From Cetorhinus maximus (taxonomy: Eukaryota): a stretch of 64,000 nt of DNA. Position numbers and translations under genes: made by a program. The stretch is from the NCBI RefSeq assembly GCF_964194155.1, contig NC_135907.1, positions 24,676,001-24,740,000 of the forward strand. Reading direction: 5' to 3'. Positions 39,169 to 51,108 of the stretch are shown here, piece by piece (the stretch's first letter is position 1; the number at the start of each line of letters is the position of its first letter). The notes under the pieces were generated by a model. That model searched no databases. It had not been told where the DNA came from and worked only from the letters and a program-made list of their open reading frames with translations.

Positions 39169-39450
39169 CAAGTCCACGAAAACCTCGCATTTTCTCATCG
39201 TGTGTTAATTGCACCGAAGGAGATGACATTTTGTTCTCCTGCATTCCTCCAAAGAGAGGCAGCAACTATAGTTTTTACAAAGATGGAGAACTTCTCAAAG
39301 TCATCAAAGGAGAAGGAACATACGGGATTTTGAAGATTGGAGGAGTGACTGCATCAGATCAGGGAAAGTACAGCTGTGAAAACAAGATAAATGAGACTAA
39401 TGGAATGTCTGGACAGAGCAAGTCATTGCTTGTGTACGTCCAGCTGAAAG
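39169..39450 (+). CDS. Inhibitory-type receptor: single C2-type Ig exon (SPRKPRIFSSCVNCTEGDDILFSC...SFYKDG...DQGKYSC...SGQSKSLLVYVQLK)
   Basis: 282-nt phase 1-1 exon; ttcactacag acceptor, AAG|gtgaga donor; KP start, FYKDG, DxGxYxC. Confidence 0.92.
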
Positions 39451-39579
39451 GTGAGATATTGGACACAGAGTGGAAATCAGTGATATGACACTGACCTTCT
39501 GTCCATAAATCTCACTAACTTGCACCTAATTCTGAAGCAATTGGTGATGATTATTTTACTGTTATTACATCATTATCAT

Positions 39580-40075
39580 TGCACCAGAGAGGGTACAGAG
39601 GAGATTTACGAGTATGTTGTGAGGACTGGAAAGCTGCAGCTGTGAGGAAAGATTGGATAGGCTGGGGTTGTTTTATTTGGAACGTGGAAAGCTGAGGAGA
39701 GATTTGATTGAGGTGTACAAGGCTGTGAGGGGCCTGGATAGAGCGGATGGGAAGGACCTATCTCCCTTAGCAGACAGATCAATGACTAGGGGACATAGAT
39801 TTAAAGTGATTGGTGAAAGGATTAGAGAGGGGATGAAGAAAATTATTTTTACCCAGAGGGTGGTAGGGGTCTGGACCTCGATGCCTGAAAGGGTAGTAGA
39901 GACAGAAACCCTCAACTCATATTCACCCAAAGTCCCGCAACCTCCAGGGCTATGCTTCAACTGCTGGGGAAGGGGATTAGACTGGGTGAATTGCTCTTAG
40001 AAGAGCCAGCATGGACATGATGGGCTGAATGGCCTTCTTCTGTGCTATAACGATTCTATGCTTCTATTCTATTCT
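39580..40075 (+). mobile_element. CR1 LINE 3' fragment
   Basis: RRDLIEVYK, FTQRVVGVW, (TTCTA)n tail. Confidence 0.88.
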
Positions 40076-40319
40076 AGTCAGGTACAAGGTCTGCTGTAAA
40101 AAAACAGAAAATGCTGGAAGCACTCAGCAAGTCTGGAAGCGCCTGTGGAGAGAGAAACGGAATTAACATTTCAGATGAAATTTGGACAGTTTGTGTCAGA
40201 GGTTTAAACTCATTTCACTTAGTATAGGGATAATTTTGACAGGGTGATATCAGATCAGTTGCCTAATATACACCCCTCCTCTCCCAATTTAAACAACTCC
40301 CCTATTTATAAATCTCCCT

Positions 40320-41200
40320 GCGTTTATACACCCCTCCCCATTTACACAGCCCCTCCATTTATACACCCTTCCCCATTTACACAGCCCCTCCATTTATACA
40401 CCCCTCCCCATTTACACAGCCCCTCCATTTATACACCCCTCCCCATTTACACAGCCCCTCCATTTATACACCCCTCCCCATTTACACAGCCCCTCCATTT
40501 ATACACCCTTCCCCATTTACACAGCCCCTCCATTTATACACCCCTCCCCATTTACACAGCCCCTCCATTTATACACCCCTCCCCATTTACACAGCCCCTC
40601 CATTTATACACCCTTCCCCATTTACACAGCCCCTCCATTTATACACCCCTCCCCATTTACACAGCCCCTCCATTTATACACCCTTCCCCATTTACACAGC
40701 CCCTCCATTTATACACCCTTCCCCATTTACACAGCCCCTCCATTTATACACCCCTCCCCATTTACACAGCCCCTCCATTTATACACCCCTCCCCATTTAC
40801 ACAGCCCTTCCATTTATACACCCCTCCCCATTTACACAGCCCCTCCATTTATACACCCCTCCCCATTTACACAGCCCTTCCATTTATACACCCCTCCCCA
40901 TTTACACAGCCCCTCCATTTATACACCCCTCCCCATTTACACAGCCCCTCCATTTATACACCCCTCCCCATTTACACAGCCCCTCCATTTATACACCCTT
41001 CCCCATTTACACAGCCCCTCCATTTATACACCCCTCCCCATTTACACAGCCCCTCCATTTATACACCCCTCCCCATTTACACAGCCCCTCCATTTATACA
41101 CCCCTCCCCATTTACACAGCCCCTCCATTTATACACCCTTCCCCATTTACACAGCCCCTCCATTTATACACCTTCTCCAATTTATACTCCCTCATTTATA
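40320..41200. repeat. 35-bp minisatellite (CATTTATACACCCCTCCCCATTTACACAGCCCCTC), ~24 copies; degenerate continuation at ~42790-42870
   Basis: Directly visible; the array is split by a CR1 insertion. Confidence 0.95.
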
Positions 41201-41202
41201 CA

Positions 41203-42790
41203 CCAGGAGGGTGTGACCATGAGTGAAGAGGGTGTGGGGTATGCAGTAGGTAGCAATGGTACAGCCTTGGACTTTGCAATTGTCCAACAGGTTCGAGGTT
41301 CTTGCAATTTGTATGGACGAGAGGAGAGACTATAGGAAAGATGAACAAACTGACCGCAGCACCATGGTGGAGGGAGCCATTCAAGCTGGGGGAATAAAAA
41401 GGAATGTAGTTGTTGTCAGGGACAGCACAGTTAGGGGGATATATACTATTCTCTGCAGCTAGTGGCTTGAATCCCAAAGCCTGTGTTGCCTGCCTGATGC
41501 CAGGCTTCGGGACCCCTGCTCAGACTGGAGAGGAAGTTGGACTGGGAGGGGTTGGCACGGTCCACATAGATACCAATGACATGGGTGGGACTAAGAAAGA
41601 GATTCTGTTGAGGGAGTATGAGCAACTAGGGACTAAATTAAAAAGCAGAATCATAAAGATAATCATTTCTGGATCACTACCTGTGTCACAAACAAATTGT
41701 CATAGGGTGAATAAGATTAAAGAGTTGAATGTGTGGCTCACAGGTTGATGTGGGAGAAATGGGTTTCAATTCATGGGGCACTGGCACCTGTATTGGGGAA
41801 ATGGGGAGCTGTACCATGGGGATGGTCTTCACCTGAACCATGCTGGGACCAGTGTCTGGGTGAATGGTATAACTAGGGCTGTAGACAGAGGACTTTAAAC
41901 TAAATAGTTGGGGGAGAGAGTTCACATGAGAGGCAACGTAATAGTACAGGATAGTGATGTGGGTAATCATAACCAGAGTGTGACAGGAAGGGACAGAGTG
42001 TACAAACATAAGGGTGCACCAGCAAATAGGGTCAAGAGTGGGGAAAAATGGTCAAAAGACAGAATTAAAGGCTCTTTATGAATACTGAACGGATATGGTA
42101 AATAGAAATAAATGAGCAAGATCATTAGATCATAGGAAATAGAAGCAAGTGTAGGTTATGCAGCCCATCAAGCCTGCTCCACCACTCGTTAAGGTCATGT
42201 CTGATCTGATTGTGCCCTTAACTCCATTTTCCTGTCTGTCCCCCACAACCTTTGACTCTCTTGTCAATCAAAAATCTGTCTAACTCAGCCTTGAATATAT
42301 TCAATGACACAGTATCCACTGCTCTCTGGGGAAGACAATTCCAAAGATTAATGACCCTCTGAGAGAAGAAATTTCCCCCTTATCTCCATCTTATTGGAGT
42401 TTAGAAGACTGAGAAACAATCTTTTTGAAACATACAAGATTCCGAGGGGCCTTGACAGGGTGGATGCTGGGAGGATGTTTTCCCTTATGGAGGAATCTAG
42501 AACTAGGGGGGCACAGTTTAAAAATAAGGGCTCATCCATTTAAGAAGGAGATGAGGGGGAATTTCTTCTCTCCGAGGGTCGTTAGTCTTTGGAATTCTCT
42601 TCCATAGAGAGCAGTGGAGGTTGGGTCACTGAATATATTCAAGGCTGAGTTAGACAGATGTTTGATTGACAAGGGAGAGCAGGCAGGAAAGTGGAGTTAA
42701 GGCCACAACCAGATCAGACATGATCTTATTGAATAGCAGAGCAAGCTTGATGGGCCGAATGGCATGGTCCTGCCCCTATTTCTTATGATC
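41203..42790 (+). mobile_element. CR1 composite: ORF1 esterase-like region plus opposed 3' ends (42130-42390 minus, 42395-42790 plus)
   Basis: LSNRFEVL, IIISGSLP, ELNVWL, DGLHLNHAG of CR1 ORF1; CR1 tails in both orientations. Confidence 0.8.
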
Positions 42791-43040
42791 CCTCCTTATT
42801 TATACACTTCTCCCATATAACCCCTCGCCTTATATACACCCCTGCCCATTAATACATCCTCCCATTTAATTCCACTGGCTTCAACCATTGTTTCTCAATA
42901 CTTACATGGATAGATGTATATGACCAAGGATTTCTTTCAAAGGCCAAGGTACACTCATATTATGTCATAAATATCTATCTGAGGGGCAGTGGAGTTCGTC
43001 AGTCTCATGTTGAACCTGTTTGTTATTGCCTTCGGCCTAG

Positions 43041-43148
43041 ATGCTCACTCCAGGTACAGTGCCCTGGCCATAATGGGGATCTGCTTTGTCATCCTTTCGA
43101 TTCTCTTCATTCTGGGCTTCAGTTTATACTTCTGTTTCACCAAAAAAG
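43041..43148 (+). CDS. Inhibitory-type receptor: TM exon (DAHSRYSALAIMGICFVILSILFILGFSLYFCFTKK)
   Basis: 108-nt phase 1-1 exon, AAG|gtgagt donor; uncharged hydrophobic helix followed by KK. Confidence 0.9.
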
Positions 43149-43908
43149 GTGAGTGGAAAATCCATCTGTTTGGGAGATCTAAACATTTAGAATAGGCAGT
43201 ACACAGTGCCACATGGGAATTGTCCAATCAGCTGTTCTGATTCAGATCACACTCACTCAGCATGACCTTCACAGCTCCTCAATGCATCTTCTCCCCTTTA
43301 ATCTTCTCACACCTTCTGCTCCACAGACTGACATTTGCTGTTTCCCTCTGTCAGCAAACATCAGCTGACTCAGTGGTAATACTCTTGCCGCTGAATCAGC
43401 AACTTTCTTCCAATATTTTGACATTTTCTCCTGTAAATTGTATCCCCTCTTGGACAGGGGGTAAACACTCTTCCTGCAGACTTTTCAAATCATGTGTCCG
43501 ACATGTGGCGGCCTCTTGTCTTTATTTTGGGTGATGGAATTCAGAGAAGACCAGATGTGGCTTTACTTGGATAATTTTCTCATGACAAATAACTTAGCAA
43601 GTCCCAGTGATCACTGTGTGCGCTTAGACTGGGGCAGAGCTGAGTACCTGTTGGCTGCAGTGGAACCAGTCAGTGGGGTGGAAGATACAGAAAATGATCT
43701 ATAAGACAATATAAGCTCGTTGGGCTGTAACCCAGGGACTGCACCTGATGCTGATTATACTCCAAATACATGAATTAGTTGCAAAATGGTCCAACTGACT
43801 TGAATGAAAAGTAAAGGGAGGCCATGCAGAACCTGTTTGATTCATGTATGTACTGTTACGCAGTGCCCTCAGGTCTGATACCCTTTCCCTCTCTTTTTCT
43901 CTATTTAG

Positions 43909-43939
43909 CAAGAGTTATTAAAAGGCAGGGAGAAGAACG
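43909..43939 (+). CDS. Inhibitory-type receptor: cytoplasmic exon 1 (ARVIKRQGEE)
   Basis: ctctttttctctatttag acceptor, gtaaga donor; 31 nt, phase 1 to 2. Confidence 0.8.
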
Positions 43940-44384
43940 GTAAGATTGAAATCCTTCCCATTTTCCCCCTTTTGTTCCATCAGTGTGACTTTGTTTCTGT
44001 CTTAAATAGAATATCCTACACAGAAAAAGGCCAATTGACAAACTGCTCCATGCTGGTGTTTGTGAGGTCCTAGGAGTACCAGACCTCTTGTCAATTAGTG
44101 ATTCTTTGCATGTGAGTTTTGACAGCTATTTGACTCACAGGGGCACCACATCTCACCCTGACCCTGTTTTTCTCCAGCAGTCAGTCATTGCTAGATGCAG
44201 AGTGGTGATAATAGAGAGTGAGCTTTGGCTGAGGGTTCTCCTCCCTCCACCACCAGTGCTCAGGCCAGTTGTAGAATCCTGACTGTCAATCTGACTGAGA
44301 TCTGGTTGGGAATTCCTGAGTCTTGACTCAGTGATAATGAAGAATGATGAGCCCAGGCCCCAGCAGCAGGAACTGAATGTTTTC

Positions 44385-44720
44385 CTTTATTCTTTCATGG
44401 AATGTGCGTGTCACTAGCAAAGTATTTGTGCCCACCCCTAATTGCCCTTGAACTGAACACTTCAGAGGGCAACTAAGAGTAAACCACATTGCTGTGGGTC
44501 TGGAGTCACATGTAGGCCAGACCAGGTAAGGACAGCAGGTTTTCTTCCAAAACCAGATGGGTTTTTACGACAATCAGTGAGAGATGCCATGGTCACCATG
44601 ACTGAGACTAGCTTCACATTCCAGGTTTATTAATTGAATTTAAATTCCACCCATGTCCCCAGATATTAGCCTGGGCCTCAGGACTACTAGTCCAGTGACA
44701 TTACCACCATGCCACCATCT
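44385..44720 (-). mobile_element. HE1-like SINE
   Basis: Collinear with the 9570-9932 copy. Confidence 0.8.
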
Positions 44721-44847
44721 CTGCCAAAATCCAGTGCCACTTTGAGGAGAGGAGTAAAAATGGGACAAAGTACAAATCATTGCTTGGGGTAGGGGGAAGT
44801 TCTCAGCAATAAATGTTTGTACATCAAAGTTTCTCTTTGGTTTTCAG

Positions 44848-44888
44848 AGCAAACGAGAACGAAGAATGGTCCAACTCCATCACAATCT
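44848..44888 (+). CDS. Inhibitory-type receptor: cytoplasmic exon 2 (RANENEEWSNSITI)
   Basis: ttctctttggttttcag acceptor, gtaagt donor; 41 nt, phase 2 to 1. Confidence 0.8.
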
Positions 44889-45559
44889 GTAAGTCTGGTA
44901 TTGTAGTGTTGTGGTTCTGTTATTGGATAATAATGAGTGGTGTGGGAGGCCTGCCCACACTCTGGACCGCTGGAAGCCCCTTTACTGAGGCAAAAAGAGG
45001 ACCCCGAGGATGCCCCAAAATGGAGGTGTCCTGTGACACCAGCAGAGAATTTTAAAATGGAGGAGAGAGGATACCCTGCACAGGATAAATTGTAGCTCAG
45101 GCTGTTGCCTTTTGATCCTTGTGGCTCCTTCACTGGGGCATTAACCGGAGGTCCTGATGGTGCGGGGCTCAGAGGGCAGTGTGACCAATACCACAATGCC
45201 AGTGGGTTCTGAAAATTACCCCAAAGTGGGGCACTAATTGGACTAATTGGCCGCCTGCCTCTGTGGAGTGGGTTGCCGATTCCGATGGCAGTCCTGCCCT
45301 GGGAAACTCGCCCGGAGGTGGAACATCATCAGGGAGCTGTCTTGATGTGGAACCATCTGAATTCCCCTGCTCCCTGTCTCTGGGCTAGGAAAATTCCACC
45401 CACTCACCGTGAAAAATCATTTGAGTGTCTTTCCAGATATTTTTACAGAGAATAAGTGTTGGCCATTTGAAAATTCACAAGTAAATCGAGCATTGATTTA
45501 TTCTTCATATTCTTTACGAATAGTCCATGTTCTAAAGCTGGATTTTTTTTGTTTTTCAG

Positions 45560-45597
45560 ATGACTTACTGAGGCTTCCACACCGCATAACTCCACAA
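45560..45597 (+). CDS. Inhibitory-type receptor: cytoplasmic exon 3 (YDLLRLPHRITPQ)
   Basis: ttttttgtttttcag acceptor, gtatgt donor; 38 nt, phase 1 to 0; the junction creates TIYDLL. Confidence 0.8.
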
Positions 45598-46468
45598 GTA
45601 TGTTCTCACTCTCATTGCTCCTGAACACACAGTAACCAGTGCAGCCCTGGGCATCTCTTGTCCAATTAATCATTCACTCTGTAACTGATCATTAGGTTGT
45701 GTCTGAAGCAGTGCAGGCTTTCACCCGCAGATAAGCACACCACTCCCCCACTATCCCTCACTTCACATTGCTGCTCCTAATAATAATATATATAAGACTT
45801 AACAGCAGAGTTTCACCTGATCAGTTGGTTACTCTAATAAGCATTTCCTTACAGAGCAGCAGGATTTTGTAACCAAACTATTTTGTATTTGGTAAGGACC
45901 TTACTGAGGTCTTTTTATCCAGTATCAAAAAAGATCAGCAATTTGAAAAAGATTATGGCTGTCACAAGACTTAGAATCTAACCTGCAGTGCTTTGAAAAG
46001 TTCCAGAAAGTCTGCTGCTGTAGCCAAGTTCAGGACTGTTAGTTTCTGATAAATCTCAAAGTCTTTGTATGTGAGAGAGACAGGGGAAGTGTGTGTCTGT
46101 GTGTGTGTCTGTGTGTACACCTTTTGTCTTCTCTCTCTTTAAACAGGTAGTGCAGCCAGCTATAGCATATGGCATTGGTTAACTAGAGGTCATTACTACT
46201 TCTTCAGTTCTTTACCCAGAGGCGGGTCTAACCCACAACCTCCACCATGGGTAGGGCAAGGAGGCAGGTCCTGAATCCAACCCGGCCAGAACGGAGATTG
46301 AACCCTATGCTGCTGATCCACACAGACCATCCAGCCAACTGTGCCCCTCAGGAACTACTCTCCGCTTCCTGTCCCTTAATTAGTTTCATACCCAATAGAT
46401 ATCGCTGAATCCTGGGCATCACCACAGGCGTTAGTACAGCTGGGATAACAATGTTTTCTTGTTTTCAG

Positions 46469-46600
46469 GAAAGTGATCACCATGATGAGCAAGGCAGTTC
46501 CCCTGTTAACACATATGCCAATCTCTATGCAACAGCTTTGTACAGAGTGGAGCTGCCAGACACAAAGGAGGAAGGACTTTACTCTGTGATACAGGCTTAA
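46469..46600 (+). CDS. Inhibitory-type receptor: last coding exon (ESDHHDEQGSSPVNTYANLYATALYRVELPDTKEEGLYSVIQA*)
   Basis: ttttcttgttttcag acceptor, open in phase 0 to TAA; Tyr motifs NTYANL and GLYSVI; AATAAA at 47135. Confidence 0.85.
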   Translation, partial: ESDHHDEQGSSPVNTYANLYATALYRVELPDTKEEGLYSVIQA

Positions 46601-47569
46601 GTCAAGGACCTGCAAACTGGGTGCAGACTGACTTAAGGATGGTCCCACCAAATCTCTGAACCAGCTGTCTTCCATGTGGAGCTCCAGCTCCCATTCTGTT
46701 TGTAGCTGCCGCACTAATATTTTCCTAATATTTTGCTTCAGCCTCGGATTGTAAATTTCTTGGGAATTTGTTCATTAATTCTGTGTGAGAAAGATGCTCC
46801 ATGAGAGTTGCAGCATTTACCCTCTTCCTGTGGACCCATAGCAGCAAAACCCAGATCACCTGACAAATAACAACAGCAAAACTGAGAGAGACTGAGTCAG
46901 TCAAAAGTAAAAAAAAGTTTCATTTCATTACAGTTCATTCCATTGAAATTTGGATCTGACATGTGTTGTTTAGGGGGTTTAACATACATGGAACAGGAAG
47001 AAGACATTTGAAGTACTTTGATATTTGATGTTGAGTTTAGATAGTACGGAGAAGCCAGTGTGAGTTAGCGCTGGATTATGTGAACTGGCATCTGTTGAGC
47101 ATATGGCTAGCAAATAGGAATAACTATATAAGAAAATAAATCCATCATATTAAACAAGGCAGTGAATGATTATTCAGTTAAATAATTGATGAAAAGAGGC
47201 TTTGGGAGGAAGAAAGGAGAAAAAGCAACTCTAAATTCTATTTTTTTTAATTTAAATTTTCATAAACAGGTCAAGATTAAAAACAGAAATTTGTCCCCTG
47301 CGTGAGTTGTGTTTGGGTCAGTGCACCCAAAGATTAAATGACAGAGATGCCATGGAACTAAAAGCAAAGGGAGTAGTAATAATAGTTTTAAGGAAAGAAA
47401 GGATTTGTCCAGAGTAGGTGTGAATAGCAGAATAAAGGTCAACTGAAAGCAAAAACATGAGGACAAGATACAGACTGACTCTAGGGGAAGATGTCAAAAG
47501 AAAGGACATTTTCAACTCATTGTTGAGTCCAGAAAGCAGTAAAATGACAAAGCAGAAGATGCTCCCTGG

Positions 47570-48353
47570 AGCATGTGTCTAATTGTGTGCCTAGTGTGTG
47601 CTGTATTTGCTACAGTGTGTCCAGTTTGCACTCAGTGCGTCTGTGTTTGTGTCAGTGTCCAGTGTGTTGTGTTTCAGTGTGTCCAGTGTGTGTTGTGTTT
47701 GGGTCAGTGTGTTCAGTGTGTGTTGTGTTTGGGTCAGTGTGTTCAGTGTGTGTTGTGTCTGGGTCAGTGTGTCCCTTGTGCGTTGTGTTTGGGTCAGTGT
47801 GTCCCTTGTGCGTTGTGTTTGGGTCAGTGTGCCCAGTGAATGTTGTGTTTGGGTCAGTGTGTCCCTTGTGCATTGTGTTTGGGTCAGTGTGTTCAGTGTG
47901 TGTTGTGTTTGGGTCAGTGTGTTCAGTGTGTGTTGTGTTTGGGTCAATGTGTCCAGTATGTGTTGCTTGGGTCAGTGTGTCCAGTATGTGCTGTATTTGG
48001 ATTAGTGTCCAGTGTGTATTGTTTAGGTCAGTGTGTGCTGTGTTGGTGTCAGTGTGTCCAGTATATGTTGTGTTTCAGTCAGTGTGTCCATTGTGTTCTG
48101 TGTTTGGATCAGTGTGCAGTGTGGTTTGTTTGGGTCAATGTGTCCAGTGTGTGTTGCGTTTGGTCAGTGTCCAGTGTGTGTTGTGTTTGGGTCAGTGTGT
48201 CCAGTGTGTGTTGTGTTTGGGTCAGTGTGTCCAGTGTGTGTTGTGTTTGGGTCAGTGTGTCCAGTGTGTGTTGCGTTTTGTCAGTGTCCAGTGTGTGTTG
48301 TGTTTGGGTCAGTGTGTCCAGTGTGTGTTGTGTTTGGGTCAGTGTGTTCAGTG
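47570..48353. repeat. 30-bp GT-rich minisatellite, left part (GGGTCAGTGTGTCCAGTGTGTGTTGTGTTT)
   Basis: Tandem units; the array resumes at 55928. Confidence 0.92.
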
Positions 48354-48428
48354 TGTTATGTCTGATACAATTGGTAAAGCTGAGTTATTTAAAAATCCCA
48401 GAGGGAAAGTTTAAACAACTGTCATAAC

Positions 48429-48995
48429 ATTGGTGAGGCCAACTTTGGAGTATTGTGTGCAGTTCTGGTCGCCTAACTACAGGAAGGATATCAGTAAGAT
48501 TGAAAGAGTGCAGAGAAGATTTACTAGGATGTTGCCGGGTCTTCAGGAGTTGAGTTACAGAGATATATTAAACAGGCTAGGACTTTGTTCCTTGGAGCGT
48601 AGAAGAATGAGGGGAGATTTGATAGAAGTTTACAAAATTATGAGGGGTATAGACAGAATAAATGTGAGTAGGCTCTTTCCACTTAGATTAGGAGAGATAA
48701 ACACGAGAGGACATGGCTTTAGGGTGAAAGGGGAAAGGTTTAGGGGGAACATTAGGGGGAACTTCTTCACTCAGAGAGTGGTGAGAGTGTGGAACGAGCT
48801 GCCATCTGATGTGGTAAATGCGGGCTCACTCTTAAGTTTTAAGAATAAATTGGATAGGTACATGGATAGGAGAGGTCTGGAGGGTTATGGACTAGTTGCA
48901 GGTCAATGGGACTAGCAGAATAATATTTTGGCACAGGCTAGAAGGGCCGAATGGCCTGTTTTTCTGTGCTGTAGTGTTCTATGGTTCTATGGTTC
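48429..48995 (+). mobile_element. CR1 3' fragment nested in the 3' LTR (TAAC TSD)
   Basis: 161-aa RT C-terminus, (TTCTATGG)n tail; absent from the other LTR. Confidence 0.92.
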
Positions 48996-50991
48996 TAACC
49001 TATAATTTTAGGTGTTATGTTTGTGACTCTAAATTCAGGAAACAGACCACCAGATCTTGAGGCTTTACATTAAACTAAATGAAACATTTTATTAATTTTG
49101 CGCAGGTTAAAAATATATATATATATAGACATGGCTTCAAATTACTATCATAACTTTTAACAAATTCACAAACTAATCTCCATTAAGGTAACAGCAACCC
49201 ATAGACTTAACCAAACACCAGGCAAAGCATTTTCACCTCACAAATTCAAAATGTGGTTCTTGTCACTGGTTCCTATGGAGCCAGTTGGAGGCTTACAGCT
49301 GCCTTTTGACCTTACATTGCCTCTGCCCTGTATACCCGAAAACTACTGAAGTTATACCTACCAGCCTCATTGAATGTTAATTTTCATTGTATCAACAACC
49401 TCTGAACTAAACCTTTCTAACAATAAAACCCCTTTCATAGTACCAACTTTATTAGCAATATAAACATATGGCTTGGTAGCTGCTGGAAAGGCATCAGTTT
49501 TCACCCCACTTCTTGAATGCTCTATTCAAAAAATGCAAATGAATGCTATCTCGCTTACATATTAAACCTAGTACACATCAGAGCACCCAGACTAGCTGGC
49601 TTTAATCCAATTAAGACACACCCACAGACTAAACCTCTATTTTAAAAGAAAAATATTTTCCAAAATATTATCTACATTAATAGCTTCATGATATCCCTGC
49701 CTTAGCAGAAAATGAACCATCATAATTGTAAAAGACGGCTTCATTTTAATAACCCATCTCACACTATCTCTTATACTTATTACACTATTACATTACCAGA
49801 TGCATGCATTAACAAAACTATATATATAAACAAGTCCTTGGTATCAACAGAAATCACTCCAGTTCAGTGTCCAGGTTTTTTTTTAAATGCCCCTATTTCC
49901 TTTAAGCTTCAAACTCTTGATAATGCATCTTTCTCTTCCAGCAATATGTATAATACGTAGATTAAATGGTTGTAATAACAAACTTCATCTGAAAAGCCTT
50001 GCACTTTTGTCTCGAAACTTGTCCAGAAACTTCAAAGAATTATGGTCTGTATAAACGATTGTTTCTGATGAATTGTTTGTAAACATAAATTTCAAAATGC
50101 TGCAATCCTAACACCGAACCCAGTCTCTTTTTTGATCGTTGAATATCTTCTCTGTTCTACATTCAGCTTCCGTGAAAAATACGCTATTGGTTTTTCAATT
50201 CCAGTTCATCTTCTTGTAACAATATAGCCCCAGTGCCTATATCACTTGCCTCAACGGACAACTTGAGTTGCTTGGCATAATTGGGTACTGCCAAAACCAG
50301 TGTCGTAGTTAATACAGTTTTTAAACTATCGAATGACTTCTGACACTCCAGTGTCCATTGAAACTTCTTGTTCTTATTAATAGTTCAGTCAGTGGAGCAA
50401 CCACTTGGCTAAAATTTGGTACAAATTTCCAGTAAAACCCACTCATGCCCAGAGATCTCAAAACTTATCAATTTGTTGTAGGTGCTGGGAAATTCACGAT
50501 AGCCTTGACTTTTGCATCTCTCAGAGCCATCTTGCCTTGTCCGTGGTATGGCCTAGGTATGTAACTTGCGCTTTTGCAAGTTCACTTTTAGCCAAGTTCA
50601 TCACCAAATTAGCTTCTTGCACTCGAGTAAATAATTCTTCCAGATGCTGTAAATGCTCCTCCCACATCTGACTGAAAACAATTGGATCATCAAAATAAAC
50701 CGCACAATTGCTTAGACCTGCATTAATTTGTCTGTCAGTCATTGAAATGTCGCAGGTGCATTCTTCATACCTAATGGTATGACTTTAAACTGATATAGTC
50801 CATTTGGCATTACGAAAGCTGATATCTCCTTTGCCCTCTCTGACAATGGTACCTGTCAATATCCTTTTAACGAGTCAATCTTTGTGATAAATTTTGATTG
50901 TCCCACTTTCTCAATACAATCCTCCAACCTTAGTATGGGATATGAATCCACTTTTGTCACTGCATTCACCTTTCGATAGTCCACACACAGT

Positions 50992-51108
50992 GGGTGAAAT
51001 TTTACAGCAGTGGGATTTTACGTTCTCGCCGAAGCCAATGAGGTTTAGAATGTCTCGCCACACTTTACAGCCTCGTCCCAACCGAAACGGGGCTGTAAAA
51101 TTCTGCCC
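50992..51108. mobile_element. 117-bp Harbinger-type MITE inserted in the Gypsy RT
   Basis: TIRs gggtgaaattttacagc / gctgtaaaattctgccc, AGT 3-bp TSD; removing it restores KPDGTHRLCVDYRKVN. Confidence 0.9.

Noticed and set aside
45855-46178. Extra cytoplasmic exon candidates (45855-45891 and 46147-46177)
   Set aside because: The first has an in-frame stop and the second would shift the frame of the terminal Tyr-motif exon.
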